From: Raillietiella orientalis
Taxonomy: Eukaryota
Assembly (NCBI GenBank): GCA_036172245.1
Contig: JAYWIR010000010.1
Span: 2,666,001 to 2,730,000 of the forward strand
DNA: 64,000 bases
Direction of reading: 5' to 3'
Shown: in pieces, positions 58,301-64,000 of the stretch
Numbering within the stretch: position 1 is the stretch's first letter
How the letters are laid out: every line of letters begins with the position of its first letter
Position numbers and translations under genes: made by a program
Notes under the pieces: model-generated
Seen by the model: only the letters and a program-made list of their open reading frames with translations
The model's database searches: none
Told to the model about the DNA's origin: nothing

Positions 58301-61240
58301 CCCTCCTTCCCTGCAGGAGGACAGAGAAAAAGGCGGGAAAGCAGAGCTGCTGCTGCGAGGCTGGTGCTGCCCTCCGCGGCTTGCCTGGTTGTTTTTCCGA
58401 TGCGAGGATGGGGAAGGGGCGCCTGCGTCCGTCGGAAGCGCGCTCGCGCTTCGCTTGGCCACCCACCGCGGAAACCGAGTATCCGAGGCGCCCTTTCGTG
58501 ACGTCCTGCCACCACTGCGCCCCCTCGCCCTCCTGCTTCTCTCCCTCTGCGTTCCAGCGCGTCCTGCTCCTCCCGCCCGAAGAGGCACCCGCCGTTGCGA
58601 GTCCCTCACGCGCTGATCGTCCCATCGCGAGTCGGGGGATCTCCCTGGGTTCGATGCGCTCGCTAAGGCATAGTTTTCCGAAGGGTCACAGCACCAAGGG
58701 GGGAGAGGAAGGGAGGGAGGCTAAAGGACGGATGAGCTGAGGGGGGGGATAGTCCGTGTCCTCATCCTCGGAACCACTCGCTCGCTTTCTTCCCAAGCTC
58801 TCCGGAGGGTAGCACCGAGTCCGGACCCCCCACCCGCCTCCGCGGAGTATGAGCTTCCAGAGGCGGTCCTCTCCTGCCGCCTCCGGCGCTCAGGCATTTC
58901 CCAATAAGTGGGGTGAGGGGGCGGGCTGCATCCGCGGCATGGCGGGTCGTTTCCCGTGGGTGGAGCCGTCCAAGCGGGGAGAGGGGGGAAGAAGGGAGAG
59001 AGCAATGGTGCAGGCCGCAGTTCTCCCAGCCTGGCACCGCCTTTTCCGGGACGGGAAGTATCCCCGGTCTTCCGCTCTTGCGGATTCCTCCTCGCGTCTT
59101 TCGGAGGAGGGCTGTGAGGGGGTGGAAGAGGAGAGACGAATCGGGAACTCCCACACGGGTGCGGCCTGGTGAGCTTCCTCCTCTCCGCGCGTTGCCCATT
59201 CCAGGGTCCTCCTGGTCTTTCGTGACGACGGGATGCCGCGGACCTCGACGGCTCGCCGTTATTTATGGCAGCGCGGCCCCTCGGTGGAGACGGCGCGGAA
59301 CTGTTCGCCGGCTGCTTAGCGACCGACCGCCGCGGCGCGTTTCCTTTCCCTGACCCCTTTGCCTCTTGCCTGATGGCCGCGCGTGCTCAGCAGGAGGACC
59401 CGTCGAGTGACGCCGTGTCCTCTCAAGAGGAAGGAGCGGGAGAGGGTATGGGGGGTGCGGTGGGGCGCTCGTCAGCGGCGTCGGAGTCTCCGTGATCGCA
59501 GCCGCGTTCAGAAGGGCAGCTTCCCCCTCCCCCCGACCTCCCCCTCTTCCTCTTCCTATTCTTCCTCGAGGTCACCCTCTGGAGTCTTTCTCCCGAAGAA
59601 GCGCTCCAGAGACTGCCCCGAGAGCCAGGAATTCCCCTGCACGAGGACGGGCCTCACCCCCACGGGGCCGAACGAGGGACGGCATCCCCCAGGGCGGGTG
59701 CTCGCGGACGGATGCACCAGGCGGAGTGCAAAGCCTCCTCGACCCCAAAGGGAAAAGTGAGGGAGGATGGGGAAGGGGGATGAGGTTTCTTCCGGTGGAG
59801 ACTGGGGATGCTGCGAGCGCACATCCGAAATGGTGGACTGGACAGAGATTCGTGCTGGTGGGAGCGTGAGCCAGCAGGGAATCGCTCCAGGGGTGCGGAG
59901 AAGCTCCGGTTCCAGAGAAAGGTGGCCCGCAGACAGGGGGAGGGACGGACCGCAGATTCCTCTCCCCCCCCCCCTTCAGTAGAGGAGGAGGATGCCCACT
60001 ACCCCCGACAGCATCAGTCCGTCGCTCCTTCCAGCGTTTCCTCCTCCCTCCGGGCCTCAAGGGGGCGGGAGGGAAGAAGATATCTCTCGAGGATGCCCTG
60101 GGCGTGAGAGGTCCCACAGCCTCTCAGGACGAGCTGTGAGCAGAGGGTCGGACGCCACTGACCTCATGGCAGAGGGATGGCGGTACGAGTGGAGTTCTGC
60201 CCTGATAATCCGGGAATCAAGGAAGGAGACGGGAGAGAGCTAGGATTGTGAGCCCCTCATCGCGTGCAGCCCCCTGGGAGTCCTGCAGGAACCGCAGGAG
60301 CCCCATCTTGTTCTCGGAGTAGGCGAGGTCTCTCCAGGGTGTCCTGAACAGCACGCAAGGAGCGTTCTGGACGCGTGCCGGAACCCTCCCGGGCTATCCG
60401 GAAGGCATTCCGCCTGATTCTTTTGATTGGCGGAGCGGGATCCTTTCATTCCTATGCCGCCGCCATCTCCGCTCTCCCACTCACCCCTTGTCGAGAGGGT
60501 GTCCGAAGGTTCCCGACTGCCCTCGATCTTGCAAGCACCGCCCACGCTTCAGAGGGTGGTGGACCCCGGCCAACAAGACTGTTGGGAAGTGGAGGGAAAG
60601 GGGGGAGGGGAGGCAAAAGGGCAGATGGAAGGCATGAGGCCCTCTGGCTAGGAGGCAGGTCGAGGGTTTCCGGGAAAGAGGCGCGGGGGGAGGGGATAAC
60701 TGGTCGGAGACCGTTTCATCAACGTCTCATCCCGGGGAAGGTCTCTCTCCCGTCTGGGTGTGCTCTGCCATTCCCGGAGACGGTCCTTCCTTCTAAATAC
60801 ACGTCCCATCGATGTTACCGTCAGTTTCCCTACTTTTCTTCATTGTCACGATGATCTGCTCCTTCCAAAGATCACTCGGGTAGAGTCTGTGGACATGAAG
60901 GAGACGTGCTGGGACGGCGGACAGACGCTCTAGATTTGTGGGTCGAGAGGACGAGGTGGAGAGCACTATCTCTAAGACAACTTGGAGAAAAGGACGGGTA
61001 GCCGTGACGCCGTTCTATCTTCGAGTGCGTCCTCCAGCACCACCCACCTTTAAGAAAGGTCCGGAGCAGACCTTCGTTACGCGTTTCCGGGAGGAGTGCA
61101 AACCGCGGGCAGCACGCATGGCACAGCGTTCCCATGCGAGGTGCGGGCGCCGACGGCCCAATCTCTGCAGGAGGTTTCCCCCTTCTCCTGCGTTTCCGTA
61201 GAAACTCTCATGTGTGGAGACTCAGGCTAAAATCCTCCGA

Positions 61241-61377
61241 CCACAGTGAGACGTGAAGACGCTACAGTGGAGGCTGTCTCAGGGAGACGCCACAGTGGAG
61301 GCTCCACAAAAAAGACGTCACAGTGAGGGTGCCACAATGGGGGCGCCACAGAGAAGACTCCACAGTGAAGGCTCCGC
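61241..61377 (+). repeat. Degenerate minisatellite built on CCACAGTG(G/A)AGG-like units
   Basis: About 8 imperfect units, e.g. CCACAGTGAG, CTACAGTGGAGG, CCACAGTGGAGG, TCACAGTGAGG, CCACAATGGGG and CCACAGTGAAGG. Confidence 0.7.
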
Positions 61378-64000
61378 GCAGCGTCTCCTCCGCTGTGAGA
61401 GCGATTGGGGTGGTATGGTCTTGAGCCACTAGACATTCAGAGGAGGCTTCACCATTGTCCCCCGAACCCTCCTCTCATCGTCTCGAGGAATAAGGACGAT
61501 CCCGCGTGGCGGGGGCGGAGGAGGAAAGGAGAAGGGGAGATTCCCCCTTTTCCTGCCTCAGAGAAGGAAGAGGGCGGGGCGGGAAAGCCCCCGGGACGCC
61601 TTTTCCTTCCTCCGAAACCGCCACCGTTTCCCTTTCCGGAGCGCGCGTGCGCGTCCGCCGGAAATCTCGCGGGCGGGGGCGTCGCAGGAGTTCCCCGCTC
61701 TCCCCTCGAGCATTCCCCCAATTAGGTGGCCCCGTCCAAGGCGCCGGAGGAGAGGGAGGAGCAGAAGAATGTCGGCCGGGCGGCGGCTGCGAGCCCGTGG
61801 CAAGGTCAGCCAGCTCGTGCTGTGCACCTGTTCGTGCGACCGCCGCTGCCGCGCGCCAGGCGCTCCCGTCCCGGCGGCGGCGAGAGCGCACTCTCTGGGC
61901 GAAAGAGGACGACGACGCACGGACGGACCGCAGCTACTCACCTCTCCCTCTCGTCCTACCCCTTCCCCCCCTCCTCTTACCCTCCCCTCTGCGTCCGCCC
62001 GTCCTCCACTTCCTCGCTCCCCCCCCCCCCATCCTTCCGTCGAGCGACGGGGAAACAGCGGATCTCCTCCTTGCCTCACCCACCTGCCGAGCCAGTGTTC
62101 CTTGGCCCTTCAGGCTGTGGCCAGTCAGGAAGGAGGGATGGGCCGAAAGGGGGCGCGGCACTGCTTCTTTTACGATGGGGGCTACCGGAGGATTTTTCGC
62201 TTACGGCGAGGAGGCCGAGGGAGGAGGAGGGGGGGGGGGATACCGCGCGTCTGGAGGACACTCCGAAAGCCCAAGGAGACATCTACCCCCCCCATCCTTC
62301 TCCTACTTCGCGGGTCGCGTCGCGTTGCCCGGGAAGTTCCTGTCCTGCAGGGAGGAAACGGCAGCTCCCGGCTTTTCACCCTCTCCGGCGGAAGTGCGCG
62401 ATCCCCACCTTCTGTCCGATCCTCGTCCTGACGCATCTCAGGAGGAGGAGGAGGAAGGGGAAGAGGAGAAAGGGGCTTCTCTGTTCCATCACGTCCCGCC
62501 CCTTCCCGCCCTACACAGCGCGTCTGCCGTCCGCGATGGCGGAAGGCGGACGTCCCAGGTCCCTCTTTCCGGGAAGCGCCGCCCGACGGCTCGCTCGGAT
62601 TCCTCTTCCTTGTGGCAAGCAGGCACCCCTCTTTGGGTAGCTACAATGCTTTTTCCCTGAGAGATGGCCGCCCACCCCTTGAACTAGTTAGGGAGAAGAG
62701 GCACGACGGGAGAGAGGCGCTGGGCTCCTCCTTTCCTTCGGCACCCTCTGGAAGGGGGATGGGAGTCCTTTCCTGCCTTCCTCGCGAGCCTGGACACTGC
62801 CGTTGCCGCCTGGGATGGGGAGGGACACGGAAAACTGGGAGTGTCTGCATCGAACGCCACAGCTTCTTCCCTCGAGCACTCCTCTGGGGTCCTTCCGACT
62901 GGGCGGCGGCGTCCTCGCTCCGGAGCAACCCCACTCGCCCCCGTGCCTCTGGTGGGAGCCGCCACCTCAAGCGTCCCCTCGTCCCCGCGCGCTTGGCGTT
63001 CCCCGAGCCTCTCCCTCCCCTACGCCCACGGCGAGCTGGAGCAGACGCTAGACGAAACGGCGCCACTCGCGGCAGCGGCGGATGGCTGACCGACTTTTTT
63101 TTTCTTTCTTTTTTTTTCTCGCCCCACGCCCGGAGGGGAGGGGGTGGGTGGGTTCAGCTGTAGCGCGTGACGGCGACCGCGACGCCCCTTGCGCCCCCAA
63201 GAAGGCTCCCGCGAACGACCCCGACACGCACGCACACACGCGCGCACACACACGCACCCCAATTCCCGTGCCCTTTCCACTTGCTTCTCGTGACCCAAGG
63301 CGTTTCACATTCTTCGCGCGGCTCTCGGGGCCCCCTTGCCGCGCGCGCAAGTCGCCGGAAAAGAGACGAGGGAGGGCGGCACCTGCCGGCGGAAACGCGC
63401 CGAAGAGCGGGCGAGGGTGTGGGTACGGGCGCTCACGTAAATACGCGGGATGTAACGGTCGCCAAGGACGGGAGGGAGGGAGGAAGCGGCGGACGGGTAA
63501 AGGCGGCGGCGGCGGCGGCGTCCGGCAGAGACGTCCTCCTCCGCTCTTCCTTCGCGCCCTCCAGGAATGCAACCCGTTCATGCCTTCCCCCCCTCGAGGC
63601 GCTATCAGCGGCACTCCACCGCAACCTTTCCCCGCGCTCCCTTTCTTGTTCCTTCCTCTCCCCCTCAGCCTCCTCTCGGAAGAAGAGGCTCTGCTCCCCG
63701 AGCGCGCGCCTCTCGTGGGGGGCCGCGTACTACTGCAGATGGATACTGCCGCCGCGGCGCGGTTCGCAGGCGCGGGCCCTGAGGTACGCGGCGGCAGCTC
63801 GGCTCGCGGGGCCTCGGTCTCCTGGCAGGGGGGGAGAGGGGAGGGAGATCCAGAAGCGGCGGCTCACCGGCGCGACGAGCCACTCTGGATGGATGGATGC
63901 GCTCCCGATCGCAAAGCGGGAGATGCGTCTCTTCTTCCGCAGATGTTCGCCTCTCGCGGGATGCACACCTTTCGGATGATGCATCCGCGTCGCACCTGCT

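Noticed and set aside
61241..61377. Repeat array as a CRISPR-like locus
   Set aside because: The units are short and degenerate, lack unique spacers of regular length, and sit in a eukaryotic context with no cas genes.
25500..64000. Hundreds of 100-410 aa ORFs (e.g. 30788-31948, 36610-37842, 61506-62660)
   Set aside because: They are Arg/Pro/Gly/Ser-rich, overlap in all six frames, run through simple repeats and show no recognisable domains, as expected in GC-rich non-coding DNA.

Overview
Eukaryotic (most likely arthropod) genomic DNA, not prokaryotic. There are two intact protein-coding genes on the + strand. The first is an 8-exon CDP-ethanolamine phosphotransferase (EPT1/SELENOI-like, 9382-14961, 409 aa) in a very AT-rich, CpG-poor block. 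The second is a 2-exon Snail-family five-zinc-finger repressor (24208-25490, 399 aa) near the start of a >40 kb GC/CpG-rich gene desert, which also holds one tRNA-Lys(CTT) gene (52450-52522, - strand). The most striking feature is a ~390 bp bacterial-looking insert about 1.3 kb upstream of EPT1 (7718-8110). It joins a Wolbachia-type intergenic repeat, an IS630 transposase fragment and the promoter/RBS/5' end of a dCTP deaminase (dcd) gene, so it is a probable nuclear endosymbiont transfer. The window also has 42-51 nt mini-introns, a Snail N-terminus with an eroded SNAG motif, several local duplications with template-switch signatures, and pairs of decayed paralogous segments. Most long ORFs beyond 21 kb are artefacts of high GC. 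Homology calls come from my recall of the families, with no database searches run. I found no evidence for a new multi-gene system.
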